This document shows positions 10,229-20,419 of a stretch of DNA of 64,000 nucleotides, piece by piece. The DNA is taken from contig QALW01000021.1 in the NCBI GenBank assembly GCA_003150515.1, positions 163,644 to 227,643 on the forward strand. The letters run 5' to 3'. The position numbers and the translations under genes were made by a program. The DNA is from Selenomonadales bacterium. GTDB lineage: Bacteria > Bacillota > Clostridia > Christensenellales > QALW01. The stretch's first letter is position 1. Each line of letters begins with the position of its first letter. The notes beneath the pieces were generated by a model. It had not been told where the DNA came from, searched no databases, and was given only the letters and a program-made list of their open reading frames with translations.

Positions 10229-11335
10229 TTAATCCATAAATTTTAATATGACCGAATCAGCCACATCCAAGCCCCGTTCGGTTAATTTCAGGCTGACGGG
10301 CGTCAGCTCTAAAAAGCCGCCCTCAATTAATTGATTTATCACGGCCGTATAGAGCTCATATATATCCGCGCCGAATCGGCTTTTAAAGCGCTTTCTCTCA
10401 ATTCCGGATATAAGGCGCAGCTCCAGCATAATGCATTCAAAACGCCTGTCCTCCAAGCTGAGGCTCTGAACCTCCTGCTTAATTTGAGGCGCTTTAATAT
10501 AATCCTTTAAATTTTCGCTGTTATGATACCTTTGGCCCCTCATAAACGAATGAGCGGCGCACCCCAAACCTATATAATCCCCGCCCAGCCAGTAATTTAG
10601 ATTATGCCGGCATTCTCTGCCCGCAAGCGCATAATTGGAAATTTCATAGCGCGCATATCCCTCGTTCTTAAGATATTTCTCCGTTTGATGATATATAGCG
10701 CGGTCCTCCTCCTCCGAAACGGGCTCCAATTCGCCCCGCCTTATCCTTTGGCCAAGCGGAGTATTATCATTTATAATGAGGGAATAAACTGAAATATGTT
10801 CCGGACGCAGGCCGGCCGCCCGCTCCAGAGTATACATAAAATCCCCGCAGCTCTGGCCGGGCAGCGAGGATATGAGGTCTATATTGATATTATCAAACTT
10901 TTCCCGCGCCTCATTATATACGCGTTCAAAGCAGTTAAAATCATGCAGCCGGCCCAGCATTTTAAGCTCCCGTTCCATTGCGGACTGCAGCCCAATAGAA
11001 AGCCTGTTTATGCCGGCGGCTTTATAGGCTTCCAGCTTTTCCGCGCTGAGGCTGGAGGGATTGGCCTCTATAGTTATTTCAGCATCCTTTTGAATATAAA
11101 AACGCTCGTTTGCCGCATCCAGCAGACGAATAATTCCGCCAGAAGAAATATAGCTGGGCGTGCCGCCGCCTATAAAAACCGTTTCAATATTCTGCGGCCG
11201 TTCTACATTCATTTCTTTAATAACAGCGTTTATATATTCTTCCTCTTCTTCGCCCCCCGCAAAGGAAATAAAATCGCAGTAGGCGCATTTCTTAGCGCAG
11301 AAAGGGATATGTATATACAGCCCCGCCATAATCAA
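10229..11335 (-). CDS. hemW: Radical SAM heme chaperone HemW (oxygen-independent coproporphyrinogen-III oxidase-like)
   Basis: 368 aa with the radical-SAM motif [16 protein letters not shown] and a HemN_C-like tail. Shows the classic lepA-hemW linkage. The start is either TTG at 11335 (TTGA overlap with the lepA stop) or ATG at 11329. Confidence 0.88.
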   Translation of the reverse strand: MIMAGLYIHIPFCAKKCAYCDFISFAGGEEEEEYINAVIKEMNVERPQNIETVFIGGGTPSYISSGGIIRLLDAANERFYIQKDAEITIEANPSSLSAEKLEAYKAAGINRLSIGLQSAMERELKMLGRLHDFNCFERVYNEAREKFDNINIDLISSLPGQSCGDFMYTLERAAGLRPEHISVYSLIINDNTPLGQRIRRGELEPVSEEEDRAIYHQTEKYLKNEGYARYEISNYALAGRECRHNLNYWLGGDYIGLGCAAHSFMRGQRYHNSENLKDYIKAPQIKQEVQSLSLEDRRFECIMLELRLISGIERKRFKSRFGADIYELYTAVINQLIEGGFLELTPVSLKLTERGLDVADSVILKFMD

Positions 11336-13134
11336 TTAATTTTAAGCACAGCCATAAAGGCCTCGGAAGGCACTTCCACCGTCCCTATCTGGCGCATGCG
11401 CTTTTTGCCTTCCTTCTGCTTTTCCAGCAGCTTTTTCTTGCGGGTTATATCTCCGCCGTAACATTTGGCCAATACATCCTTGCGCAGGGCTTTAACCGTT
11501 TCCCTAGCTATTACCTTGCCTCCTATGGCGGCCTGAATGGGAATCTCAAACATCTGGCGGGGAATTACTTCCCTTAAACGCTCCGCTATGGCTCTGCCCC
11601 GCGCGTACGCCTTATCCTTATGCACTATGGTGCTCATAGCGTCGCAGACGTCCCCATTGAGCAGTATATCCAATTTTACAAGCTGGCTTTCCTGATAGCC
11701 GATTATATCATAATCAAAGGAAGCATAGCCTCGCGTGCGCGATTTCAAGGAATCAAAAAAATCATAGATTATTTCGTTTAAAGGAAGATGATATTCCAGC
11801 ACGGCGCGGTTATCTTCTATATATTTCATGTTGATATACACTCCGCGCTTCTCCTGGCAAAGCTCCATAATTGTGCCTATATAATCGGGCGGCGTCATAA
11901 TATCCGCCTTGACTACAGGCTCTTCCATGCTCTGAATTTCCTCAGGCCGGGGCATATCGGCAGGATTATCCAATATAAGTTCGGAGCCGTCAGCGCGCTT
12001 AATCTTATAAATAACGCTGGGAGCGGTGGTAACCAAATCAAAATCAAATTCCCTCTCCAGGCGCTCCTGTATAATTTCCATATGCAGCATGCCCAGAAAA
12101 CCGCATCTAAATCCGAAGCCCAGCGCGGCCGAAGTTTCGGGCTCAAACACTAAGGAAGCGTCGTTTAGGCGAAGCTTTTCCAAAGCCTCCTTTAAATCCT
12201 CATATTCCGAGCCGTCCGCCGGATATATCCCGCAGAACACCATGGGCTGCACCTCTTTATAGCCCGGAAGCGCTTCCTTAGCCGGCCTGTCCGCTTGAGT
12301 TATGGTATCCCCCACTCTTGTCTGGGAGACGTTTTTAATGCTGGCCGCTATATATCCCACATCCCCGGCGCTTAGGCTCTCGCAGGGAGTATAGCCGGGA
12401 GTAAACACGCCCGTTTCAGTCACTTCAAACTGGGCGCCTGTGCTCATCATCAGTATTTTGTCTCCCACCCGGACCGTACCGTTTTTAATGCGCACAAAGC
12501 TCAGCGCGCCTTTAAAATTATCATAGCAGGAATCGAATATTAAAGCCTGAAGAGGCGCGTCCGCGTCTCCCTGGGGAGGCGGCACGTTTTTAACTATGGT
12601 ATGCAGCACGTCCTCGATATTAAGCCCCTCTTTAGCCGAAATACGCGGGGCGTCCCCGGCAGGCAGGCCGATAACGTCTTCTATTTCCTTAACCGTATTC
12701 TCAACGTCCGCGCTGGGCAAATCTATTTTATTTATAACCGGAAGAATCTCCAAATTCTGTTCCAGCGCCAAATAGACGTTGGCCAAAGTCTGCGCCTCTA
12801 TGCCCTGAGTGGCATCCACCACCAGCAGCGCGCCCTCGCAGGCGTTGAGGCTGCGCGATACCTCGTATGTAAAATCCACATGACCGGGCGTATCTATAAG
12901 ATTGAGGATATATTCTTCCCCTTCAAACTCATAGAACATACGCACGGCCTTGGATTTTATAGTAATTCCCCGCTCGCGTTCCAACTCCATATCGTCCAGG
13001 ACCTGCTGCTGCATATCCCTCGCGGAGATTGTGCCGGTAGAATCCAAAAGCCTGTCCGCCAGCGTAGATTTGCCGTGATCAATATGCGCAATTATGCAAA
13101 AATTGCGTATTTTTTCCATTCTGTTATTAATCAT
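11332..13134 (-). CDS. lepA: Translation elongation factor 4 (LepA)
   Basis: GTPase motifs AHIDHGKST and DTPGHVDF plus the LepA C-terminal domain. The likely start is [12 protein letters not shown] (13134) or MEK (13119). The track start at 13194 would overlap the upstream gene. Confidence 0.95.
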   Translation of the reverse strand: MINNRMEKIRNFCIIAHIDHGKSTLADRLLDSTGTISARDMQQQVLDDMELERERGITIKSKAVRMFYEFEGEEYILNLIDTPGHVDFTYEVSRSLNACEGALLVVDATQGIEAQTLANVYLALEQNLEILPVINKIDLPSADVENTVKEIEDVIGLPAGDAPRISAKEGLNIEDVLHTIVKNVPPPQGDADAPLQALIFDSCYDNFKGALSFVRIKNGTVRVGDKILMMSTGAQFEVTETGVFTPGYTPCESLSAGDVGYIAASIKNVSQTRVGDTITQADRPAKEALPGYKEVQPMVFCGIYPADGSEYEDLKEALEKLRLNDASLVFEPETSAALGFGFRCGFLGMLHMEIIQERLEREFDFDLVTTAPSVIYKIKRADGSELILDNPADMPRPEEIQSMEEPVVKADIMTPPDYIGTIMELCQEKRGVYINMKYIEDNRAVLEYHLPLNEIIYDFFDSLKSRTRGYASFDYDIIGYQESQLVKLDILLNGDVCDAMSTIVHKDKAYARGRAIAERLREVIPRQMFEIPIQAAIGGKVIARETVKALRKDVLAKCYGGDITRKKKLLEKQKEGKKRMRQIGTVEVPSEAFMAVLKIN

Positions 13135-13138
13135 AAAA

Positions 13139-13639
13139 CTATTTTCCGCAGCAGAACTTATATTTTTTGCCGCTGCCGCAAGGGCAGGGATCATTTCTGC
13201 CTACCTTAACGCTCTTAGCTATATTTTCGTCCTTCCATTTTTCCAGTATTTCATGCCGTTTTTCCTTGGAAAGCACATCCTCCCATTCGGGAAGATTGTA
13301 AAGCCATTTAGCTCGCGCATTAAGCATATTGTAATAAAGCTTTTCAGGCTCGAATTCCATATTTAATTCCGTGACATCCTCCAGGCTCTCTAAATCCACC
13401 TGTTCTTTAAGGCTGGTATTGGCTCCGTCGATAAAGCCCGCAAACATAGCCGGCTCCATATTGAACTGACCTGCTAATTCCGCTTCCGTGCCCTTTAAAA
13501 CGAAATTTTTCTCTCCCAGTATTTTTTTATAATTCTGAGTTTCCTGAGCATAATAATCTCCCCAGAATAAGGCCTCTTCCCTTTCGCCGCCGAGCATTTC
13601 CAGCGTCTTTTTCCATGCCTCATAAACCTTCATATTCAT
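13139..13639 (-). CDS. SEC-C metal-binding motif protein, function unknown
   Basis: 166 aa. The C-terminus [19 protein letters not shown] is a canonical SEC-C zinc motif. The rest of the protein is acidic and unrecognised. Confidence 0.7.
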   Translation of the reverse strand: MNMKVYEAWKKTLEMLGGEREEALFWGDYYAQETQNYKKILGEKNFVLKGTEAELAGQFNMEPAMFAGFIDGANTSLKEQVDLESLEDVTELNMEFEPEKLYYNMLNARAKWLYNLPEWEDVLSKEKRHEILEKWKDENIAKSVKVGRNDPCPCGSGKKYKFCCGK

Positions 13640-13657
13640 TTAACCTCTCATAAATAA

Positions 13658-14863
13658 TTATAAAATAGCCTCCAGCGTATTTCTTATAGCCGCAATAAAT
13701 TCCGAAGAAGTAACGCTTTTTTTATTCTCCAATTCGCTCATGGCATAAAGATCTCCCGTCATTATACCCGATTCTACAGTCGCTATAACCGCCCGTTCCA
13801 GCTTTTTGGCAAATTCGCATAATTGCGGCGTGCCGTCCAGCTCGCCCCGCTTATTAAGAGCGCCCGTCCAGGCAAAAATGGTAGCTATGGGATTGGTGCT
13901 CGTGCGTTCTCCCTTGAGATAGCGATAATAGTGGCGGGTAACCGTGCCGTGAGCCGCTTCATATTCATAATTGCCCTCAGGCGAAACCAGCACGCTGGTC
14001 ATCATGGAAAGAGAGCCGAAAGCCGTGGCCACCATATCGCTCATAACATCTCCGTCATAATTCTTGCACGCCCATATAAAGCCGCCCTCCGAGCGGATTA
14101 CCCTTGCCACGGCGTCGTCAATAAGCGTATAGAAATATTCTATGCCCGCCTTTTCAAAACGCTCCTTATATTCCTTAAAAATCTCCGCGAATATATCTTT
14201 AAAGCGATGGTCATAGGTTTTGGAGATAGTGTCCTTAGTTGAGAACCACAAATCCTGCTTCTGATCCAGAGCGTAATTAAAGCAGGCATGAGCAAAGCTG
14301 GATATGGAAGCGTCGGTATTATGCATGCCCATGACTATGCCCGGAGCGTCAAAGGAATGGATTTCGGCGCGCTTTTCCTCCCCGTCGGGCAGAGTGAGCA
14401 CCAATTCGGCCTTAGCTCCCGCAGGGGCTTTAAGCTCAGTATTTTTATAAACATCGCCGTAAGCATGACGCGCGATTATTATGGGCTTTTTCCAGCTCCG
14501 CACGCTTGGACTTACTCCCTTTACTATAATAGGAGCGCGGAAAACCGTTCCGTCCAATATGGCTCTTATGGTGCCGTTGGGGCTTTTCCACATTTTTTTA
14601 AGCTTATATTCCTCTACGCGCTGGGCGTTGGGAGTTATTGTCGCGCATTTTACGCCTACTCCGTATTTTTTTATTGCCTCGGCAGCCTGAACTGTTACCT
14701 GATCGTCCGTCTCATCCCTTTTAGGCAGCCCTAAATCATAATAAGCGGTATTAAGCTCTATATAGGGCGAAAGCAGCTCGTCCTTAATCTCCTGCCATAA
14801 TATTCTGGTCATCTCGTCCCCATCCATCTCAACCAGCGGGGTGTTCATCCTTATTCTTTCCAA
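13658..14863 (-). CDS. icd: NADP-dependent isocitrate dehydrogenase (eukaryotic-type, ~400 aa)
   Basis: N-terminus (M)[22 protein letters not shown] and overall IDH1-like sequence. TTG start at 14863 lies 7 nt after GGAGG (complement of 14871-14875). Confidence 0.93.
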   Translation of the reverse strand: MERIRMNTPLVEMDGDEMTRILWQEIKDELLSPYIELNTAYYDLGLPKRDETDDQVTVQAAEAIKKYGVGVKCATITPNAQRVEEYKLKKMWKSPNGTIRAILDGTVFRAPIIVKGVSPSVRSWKKPIIIARHAYGDVYKNTELKAPAGAKAELVLTLPDGEEKRAEIHSFDAPGIVMGMHNTDASISSFAHACFNYALDQKQDLWFSTKDTISKTYDHRFKDIFAEIFKEYKERFEKAGIEYFYTLIDDAVARVIRSEGGFIWACKNYDGDVMSDMVATAFGSLSMMTSVLVSPEGNYEYEAAHGTVTRHYYRYLKGERTSTNPIATIFAWTGALNKRGELDGTPQLCEFAKKLERAVIATVESGIMTGDLYAMSELENKKSVTSSEFIAAIRNTLEAIL

Positions 14864-14900
14864 GGCGCATCCTCCTTCTATATACTTGCTGTTCTAAAGA

Positions 14901-14929
14901 ATTTTACTATAATTCCGGCGAAAAATCAA
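14901..14929 (-). promoter_or_regulatory. Putative sigma-A promoter of icd
   Basis: Minus strand reads TTGATT (14929-14924), a 17-nt spacer, then TAAAAT (14906-14901). Confidence 0.5.
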
Positions 14930-14958
14930 ATGCTTTTAAGCGAAGAGGGCAATGATTG

Positions 14959-15115
14959 AAAACATCCAGGGCGCATATAAAGGGGCGGGGCGGCTCGCGG
15001 CCCGGCCTGCGGCCGGGACAGGGGCGTTTTTGCAAAGCAAAAACCGCCCCTGCTTTGGCGCTAGGCACCAAAGCCGCGAGCCGCCCCGCCCCTTTATATG
15101 CACCCTGGATGTTTT
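14959..15115. repeat. GC-rich four-way-junction palindrome (hairpin cluster H1)
   Basis: A 43-bp outer stem (14959-15001 with 15073-15115, one mismatch) encloses three hairpins at 15002-15016, 15019-15052 and 15053-15073. Confidence 0.9.
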
Positions 15116-15141
15116 AGCGCTCTCAAACAAACAAAAACCGC

Positions 15142-15170
15142 TTGCATAAATATTCATTTTAATGTATAAT
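15142..15170 (+). promoter_or_regulatory. Putative sigma-A promoter of the arg operon with an overlapping ARG-box-like operator
   Basis: TTGCAT (15142-15147), a 17-nt spacer, then TATAAT (15165-15170). TGCATAAATATTCA (15143-15156) matches the TGAATwwwwATTCA ArgR/AhrC half-palindrome with one mismatch. Confidence 0.55.
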
Positions 15171-15205
15171 CCCATTAAATATTAAAGGACAGGATATGAT
15201 TAATT

Positions 15206-16246
15206 ATGATTAAAGCAAGCGTCATAGGCGCCACGGGATACGCCGGAGCAGAGTTGACCAGGCTTTTAACATCTCATCCAGACGTGGAAATAACCCATCT
15301 GGTCTCGCACAGCTATGCCGGCCAGGATATAAATCAAATATACAAGAGCTTTGACGGAAAATTTTCCAAAACTCTGGACGAATTGGATATAGACATGCTC
15401 ATCAGGGACAGCGACTGCATTTTCACCAGCCTGCCCCACGCTGCGGGCGGGGAGGTTATTCCTCAGCTTTACGCGGGCGGAAAAACCGTTATAGATTTAA
15501 GCGGGGACTACCGATATAACGATGTATCAATATACGAAAAATGGTACGGCGCCAGCCATCCTCATCCCGAACTGCTTAAAAAAAGCGTTTACGGCCTGCC
15601 CGAGCTGCACAGGGAGGAAATAAAAAAAGCCAGGCTTATAGGCAATCCCGGCTGCTATACAACCTGCTCCATACTGGCCCTGGCTCCTTTAGCCAAGGCG
15701 GGAATTATAGATAACTCCAGCATAGTAATAGACGCCAAATCAGGTTCCACGGGAGCGGGCCGTTCCGTCTCCCAAGCTATGCATTTCTGTGAGGTAAATG
15801 AAAGCGCAAAGGCATATAAAGTGGCCTCCCACCGTCATACCTCTGAAATTGAACAGGAATTATCCCTGCTTGCAGGAGAAGAGATTATGCTCTCCTTCAC
15901 CCCCCATTTGCTTCCCATAAACAGAGGCATACTGGCCACCAGCTATGCAAAGCTTACGGCGGACGTAGATTTTGATTACGTCTATAACCTCTATATGCAG
16001 GCGTATGCGCCCCATCCCTTTGTCGTTGTCTTAAATAACGGAGAGCTGCCCGAAATTAAGCATGTCGTCGGCTCCAACTATATCCATATAGGCTTTGTAA
16101 TAGATAAACGGCTTAAACGGATAATAGTAGTTTCGGTTATAGACAACCTGATAAAGGGCGCGGCAGGCCAGGCAATGCAAAATATGAATCTCTGCTTCGG
16201 CCTGGATGAAACCGCCGCTCTGAAAATGCCCGCGTGGTATCTCTAA
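15206..16246 (+). CDS. argC: N-acetyl-gamma-glutamyl-phosphate reductase
   Basis: 346 aa. Contains VIGATGYAG Rossmann motif and the active-site context GNPGCYTT. Confidence 0.95.
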   Translation: MIKASVIGATGYAGAELTRLLTSHPDVEITHLVSHSYAGQDINQIYKSFDGKFSKTLDELDIDMLIRDSDCIFTSLPHAAGGEVIPQLYAGGKTVIDLSGDYRYNDVSIYEKWYGASHPHPELLKKSVYGLPELHREEIKKARLIGNPGCYTTCSILALAPLAKAGIIDNSSIVIDAKSGSTGAGRSVSQAMHFCEVNESAKAYKVASHRHTSEIEQELSLLAGEEIMLSFTPHLLPINRGILATSYAKLTADVDFDYVYNLYMQAYAPHPFVVVLNNGELPEIKHVVGSNYIHIGFVIDKRLKRIIVVSVIDNLIKGAAGQAMQNMNLCFGLDETAALKMPAWYL

Positions 16247-16261
16247 AAGGAGGAATAAAAT

Positions 16262-17140
16262 ATGAACGACATATATAACGAATATATAGCCAAGGCAAAT
16301 ATTCTTATGGAGGCCCTGCCCTATATTCAAAAGCTTTCGGGCAAAACGGTTGTTATTAAATACGGCGGCAACGCTATGACAAACCAGGACATAACCAAAA
16401 CCATTCTGCAGGATATTACCCTGCTTAAATATGTAGGAGTAAACCCGGTAGTGGTGCACGGAGGCGGGCCCGAAATAAATAAAATGCTGGCCAAACTGGA
16501 GATTCAATCCTCTTTTCATAACGGACTGCGCATAACGGATGCCGCTACAATGGAAGTTGTGCAGATGGTGCTGACGGGCAAAATCAATAAGGACATCGTT
16601 TCCAGCATTAACGCCCTCGGGGGCAAAGCAATAGGTTTAAGCGGCAAGGATGCCTCTCTTATAACGGTAGAAAAAAAGCCTCCGACTTCAGACGGCGTAG
16701 ATTTAGGCTTTGTAGGAAAAGTAACGGGAATAAACACCAAACTGCTTGAAAAGCTTGTGCAGGACGAATATATTCCCGTAATAGCGCCCGTAGGAGCGGA
16801 CGAACAAGGCAACAGCTATAATATCAACGCCGATACCGTAGCGGGAGAAATCGCCGCCCGGCTCCAGGCGGAAAAACTTATATTCCTGACCGACACAGAC
16901 GGCATATATGAAGATTACCAGGACAAAAATTCCCTGATGAGCGTTATATCCATCGAAAAAATAAACGATATGATAGCTTCAGGCGCCATTGAGGGAGGCA
17001 TGATCCCAAAGGTGCAGGGCTGCATAAAAGGTATAGAATCAGGCGTGCACCGCACCCATATTCTTAACGGTACCATTCCTCACCCTCTTATACTTGAAAT
17101 ATTCACCGACAAAGGTATCGGCACAATGGTGCATAAATAG
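16262..17140 (+). CDS. argB: Acetylglutamate kinase
   Basis: 292 aa. Contains VIKYGGNAM and HGGGPEI motifs. RBS AGGAGG lies upstream. Confidence 0.95.
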   Translation: MNDIYNEYIAKANILMEALPYIQKLSGKTVVIKYGGNAMTNQDITKTILQDITLLKYVGVNPVVVHGGGPEINKMLAKLEIQSSFHNGLRITDAATMEVVQMVLTGKINKDIVSSINALGGKAIGLSGKDASLITVEKKPPTSDGVDLGFVGKVTGINTKLLEKLVQDEYIPVIAPVGADEQGNSYNINADTVAGEIAARLQAEKLIFLTDTDGIYEDYQDKNSLMSVISIEKINDMIASGAIEGGMIPKVQGCIKGIESGVHRTHILNGTIPHPLILEIFTDKGIGTMVHK

Positions 17141-17153
17141 GGAGGCGCGCAAA

Positions 17154-18347
17154 ATGAAGCTGGATAAAATAATGGAATTGGATAAGCAATATTATATGAA
17201 TACGTTCGGCAGCCGCACGCCTATATGCTTTGAATACGGCAAGGGCAGCACGCTTTATGATACGTCGGGCAGGGCCTATACCGATTTTCTCGGCGGAATA
17301 GCCGTAAACTGCCTGGGATACGGAGACCAGGGCTTAATTGACGCCATAAGCGGGCAGGCGGCGAAAATAATTCATTGCTCCAATCTTTTCTATATAGAAA
17401 ATCAGGCCGAGCTGGCTCGAGAATTAAATGGGTTATCGGGCGGCTATAAATGCTTTTTCTGCAACAGCGGCGCCGAAGCCAACGAGGGCGCTTTTAAGCT
17501 GGCCCGCAAATATTTTTACGCACGCGGCCAGGACAGATATGAAATTATCTCCGCCAAGAATTCCTTCCACGGCCGCACTATGGCCGCCCTTGCGGCTACA
17601 GGCCAGGAAAAATATCAATTGCCCTATTCCCCGCTGCCCGCAGGCTTTATAAACGTCCAATACAATTCCATAGAGGCCATCAAAGAAGCGCTTACTCCCC
17701 ATACGGCCGCCGTAATGCTTGAAACAATTCAGGGAGAGAGCGGAGTTATAGAGGGAACTCCCCAATATCTTGAGGCGGTAAGCGATTTATGCAAAAAAGA
17801 AGGGCTCCTGCTTATAATAGACGAAGTGCAGACGGGCATGGGGCGCACAGGCGTTATGTTCTCCTTCCAGCGCTATAATTTAAAGCCGGATATTTTCACT
17901 CTGGCCAAAGGCCTGGGGGGCGGCGTGCCCATAGGGGCCGTGCTCGCCCTTCCCGGCGTATCCGACGCTTTCGCCCCGGGAGATCACGGCACCACTTTCG
18001 GCGGCAACCCCTTAGCCTGTGCCGCGGCGCTTTATATAACCGGGCGCCTGGATGAAAATATGATGAAACAGGTAACGCAAAAAGGCGAATATTTGAAAAG
18101 CCGCCTGGCCGGATTGGCTCAGAAATTTTCCTTTATAAAAGAAATCCGCGGCAAAGGGCTGTTAACGGGCATGGAACTGGATAACGGCGTGCCCGGCAGG
18201 GAAATTGTCTCCAAAGCATTGGAAAAGGGTTTTATTCTCAACTGCGCCGGACATAACACCCTGCGCTTCGCCCCGCCCTTTATAATAACTGCCGAAGAAA
18301 TAGACGCGCTTATAACTGCGCTCAACGAGATTTTTATTACTATTTAA
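17154..18347 (+). CDS. argD: Acetylornithine aminotransferase (class III PLP)
   Basis: The start MKLDKIMELDKQYYMNTFG follows GGAGG. The track start at 17094 would overlap argB. Class-III aminotransferase motifs are present (DEVQTGMGRTG, LAKGLGGG). Confidence 0.93.
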   Translation: MKLDKIMELDKQYYMNTFGSRTPICFEYGKGSTLYDTSGRAYTDFLGGIAVNCLGYGDQGLIDAISGQAAKIIHCSNLFYIENQAELARELNGLSGGYKCFFCNSGAEANEGAFKLARKYFYARGQDRYEIISAKNSFHGRTMAALAATGQEKYQLPYSPLPAGFINVQYNSIEAIKEALTPHTAAVMLETIQGESGVIEGTPQYLEAVSDLCKKEGLLLIIDEVQTGMGRTGVMFSFQRYNLKPDIFTLAKGLGGGVPIGAVLALPGVSDAFAPGDHGTTFGGNPLACAAALYITGRLDENMMKQVTQKGEYLKSRLAGLAQKFSFIKEIRGKGLLTGMELDNGVPGREIVSKALEKGFILNCAGHNTLRFAPPFIITAEEIDALITALNEIFITI

Positions 18348-18362
18348 AAGGAGTTGTCAAAG

Positions 18363-19331
18363 ATGAATCTGGAAAACTACGCTCCCCAAAAGCCATTTAG
18401 CCAAAAACATCTGCTGCGCCTGCAGGATTATACTAAAGACGAAATATTGCAGGTGCTCTCTCTTGCCCTGGATTTAAAGGCCAGGCAGAAGGCCCATATC
18501 CCCCATAAATTGCTTGAGGGCAAAACGCTGGCTATGATATTTACTAAATCCTCCACCCGCACGCGCGTTTCCTTTGAAACGGGAATGCAGCAGCTTGGCG
18601 GGCACGCCATGTTTTTAAGCGGCAATGATATACAGCTTGGCCGCGGCGAGCCTATATCGGATACGGCCAGAGTTATGTCCCGCATGGTGGACGGCATAAT
18701 GATCCGCACCTTTAAGCAGTCGGACGTGGAGGAACTGGCCAAATACGGCTCGGTGCCGGTCATCAACGGCTTGACCGACCTGCTGCACCCATGCCAGGTT
18801 CTGGCCGATCTGCTGACAATATACGAACACAAAAAAGCTCTGAAAGGGCTTAAATTGGCTTATCTCGGAGACGGCAACAATATGGCGCATTCTCTGCTTA
18901 TAGGATGCTCCAAGGTTGGAATGGACGTAGCCGTCGGCTGCCCCGAAGGATATATGCCCGAGGAAGAAATCGTCCGCCAGGCGCAGGCAAACGCTCAGGC
19001 GGAAGGCTCCAAGGTATTAATTACATCCAGCCCCCAGGAAGCAGTGGAACAGGCCGACGTAGTTTACGCCGACGTATGGGCCAGCATGGGCCAGGAAGCC
19101 GAGCAGAAAAAGCGTGAAAAAATATTCCCGCCCTACCAGGTAAATAAAGCGCTTTTTTCTCTGGCTAAGCCCGGCGCAATATTTTTGCATTGCCTGCCCG
19201 CTCACCGCGGCGAAGAGGTGACTTCTGACGTAATAGATTCAGACGCAAGCGTAATCTTCGACGAAGCGGAAAACCGCCTGCACGCGCAAAAAGCCGTAAT
19301 GGCCCTGCTTATGGGGGAGGCCTCCAAATAA
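18363..19331 (+). CDS. argF: Ornithine carbamoyltransferase
   Basis: Contains STRTRVSFE, HPCQ and HCLP motifs. ATG at 18363 lies 9 nt after AAAGGAG. The track's TTG at 18354 overlaps the RBS. Confidence 0.93.
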   Translation: MNLENYAPQKPFSQKHLLRLQDYTKDEILQVLSLALDLKARQKAHIPHKLLEGKTLAMIFTKSSTRTRVSFETGMQQLGGHAMFLSGNDIQLGRGEPISDTARVMSRMVDGIMIRTFKQSDVEELAKYGSVPVINGLTDLLHPCQVLADLLTIYEHKKALKGLKLAYLGDGNNMAHSLLIGCSKVGMDVAVGCPEGYMPEEEIVRQAQANAQAEGSKVLITSSPQEAVEQADVVYADVWASMGQEAEQKKREKIFPPYQVNKALFSLAKPGAIFLHCLPAHRGEEVTSDVIDSDASVIFDEAENRLHAQKAVMALLMGEASK

Positions 19332-19843
19332 TGACGCAGATACGCTCGGCAAACGAAAGTGATGTTAAGGATATCCTGTATATAACAAAAGAGGCCTTTA
19401 AAAAATACGCCTCGGATCTGGGCCAGCCTGAAAAGGTAATGGCCCTTAAGGAAAATGAGGCGACCATTCTGGACGAATTAAAGAGAAAGACTATTCTGCT
19501 CGGCTTTTACGACGGACGGGCCGTAGGAACAGTACGATTTGAAAAAATCCCGGGAAATCTTGCATATATAACCCGTTTCGGAGTGCTGCCCGAAGCGCAG
19601 AAATGCGGCATGGGACGCCTGCTTATTTCAGAAGTATGCGCCCGCTGCGCGCAGGAAGGCATAACGGCCGTGGCCCTTCATACCTGCACTAAAATGTTCC
19701 CCCTTGTTCGCTTTTATTACGGACAGGGCTTCTATATTCATTCCACCACCCAAGACCGCGGCTATGTGCGCGGACTGTTTCTGAAGGAATTAACGGGGCA
19801 AACCCATGAAACCATGGATTTAAATTTTGTAAGCAAACTCTAA
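19331..19843 (+). CDS. GNAT family N-acetyltransferase, last gene of the arg cluster (candidate short N-acetylglutamate synthase)
   Basis: 170 aa, single GNAT domain (acetyl-CoA loop QKCGMGRLL). TAATG overlap with the argF stop implies co-translation with the arg genes. Confidence 0.7.
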   Translation: MTQIRSANESDVKDILYITKEAFKKYASDLGQPEKVMALKENEATILDELKRKTILLGFYDGRAVGTVRFEKIPGNLAYITRFGVLPEAQKCGMGRLLISEVCARCAQEGITAVALHTCTKMFPLVRFYYGQGFYIHSTTQDRGYVRGLFLKELTGQTHETMDLNFVSKL

Positions 19844-19920
19844 AAGCTCCTTTTTGGGCGTTTTAAAAGTCTTGCGCGAACAATAAGATTATGCTATCAT
19901 AAATTGCCGGATGATATGCA

Positions 19921-20006
19921 GGGGTATTTCAAGACAACGCAACAAAGCGGACGCGCGGGCATTCTTCGCAAAAACGCATTGTACTTTAATTGTATTCTCT
20001 AAAGCT
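19921..20006. repeat. MITE-like repeat family, copy A (single conserved arm; possible degenerate partner at 19876-19920)
   Basis: The reverse complement, TTAGAGAATACAATTAAAGTACAATGCGTTTTTGCGAAGAATGCCCGCGCGTCCGCTTTGTTGCGTTGTCTTGAAATACCCC, aligns position by position with 27787-27871, with most positions matching. Confidence 0.7.
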
Positions 20007-20101
20007 TATACGCGGCGGCCGCTTAATATTAAAACTTTTAAGCCCACGCCTTGGCCCCGGCGAAATATTCTTTCAGATTAATTAAAAAGGAAGTGTAGAA
20101 T

Positions 20102-20305
20102 ATGAAGCAGATTAATAAGGATATGACCATCAGAGAGGTATTAAGCATTTGCCCTGATTCGGCGGCTATTTTCGCCGGTTACGGAATGTTTTGCATAGGC
20201 TGCCCCAGCGCCCAGGCAGAAACAGTAGAAGAAGCCTGCCAGGCTCACGGCATAGACTGCGAGGCTCTTATAACGGATATTAACGCCCAGGCGGAAAAAG
20301 CTTAA
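20102..20305 (+). CDS. DUF1858 / hybrid-cluster-protein-associated redox disulfide domain protein
   Basis: 67 aa: MTIREVLSICPDSAAIFAGYGMFCIGCPSAQAETVEEAC. This is a typical DUF1858 CxxC small protein. Confidence 0.75.
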   Translation: MKQINKDMTIREVLSICPDSAAIFAGYGMFCIGCPSAQAETVEEACQAHGIDCEALITDINAQAEKA

Positions 20306-20312
20306 AAATATC

Positions 20313-20340
20313 TTGACAAATAATTTAATAAATATAAAAT
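20313..20340 (+). promoter_or_regulatory. Putative sigma-A promoter of the marR-ABC operon
   Basis: TTGACA (20313-20318), a 16-nt spacer, then TAAAAT (20335-20340). Confidence 0.45.
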
Positions 20341-20375
20341 ATACTTAACCGGTTAATTATTAATTGGTTAAGTAT
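20341..20375. promoter_or_regulatory. Inverted-repeat operator candidate (MarR-type)
   Basis: ATACTTAACC (20341-20350) and GGTTAAGTAT (20366-20375) form a perfect 10-bp inverted repeat. Inside it are the palindrome TTAACCGGTTAA and the near-copy TTAATTGGTTAA. It lies immediately downstream of the -10 element and upstream of marR. Confidence 0.5.
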
Positions 20376-20419
20376 TTTTTGTTTAAGGGGCTGATATTAT
20401 TATAGAGCATCGCAAAGTT

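Noticed and set aside
14936-15175. Track ORFs 14936-15175 (-) and 14952-15149 (+), 79 and 65 aa
   Set aside because: They are mirror-image reading frames generated by the 157-nt palindrome. They have Gly/Ala/Arg/Pro-rich low-complexity products, no RBS, and they overlap two promoters.
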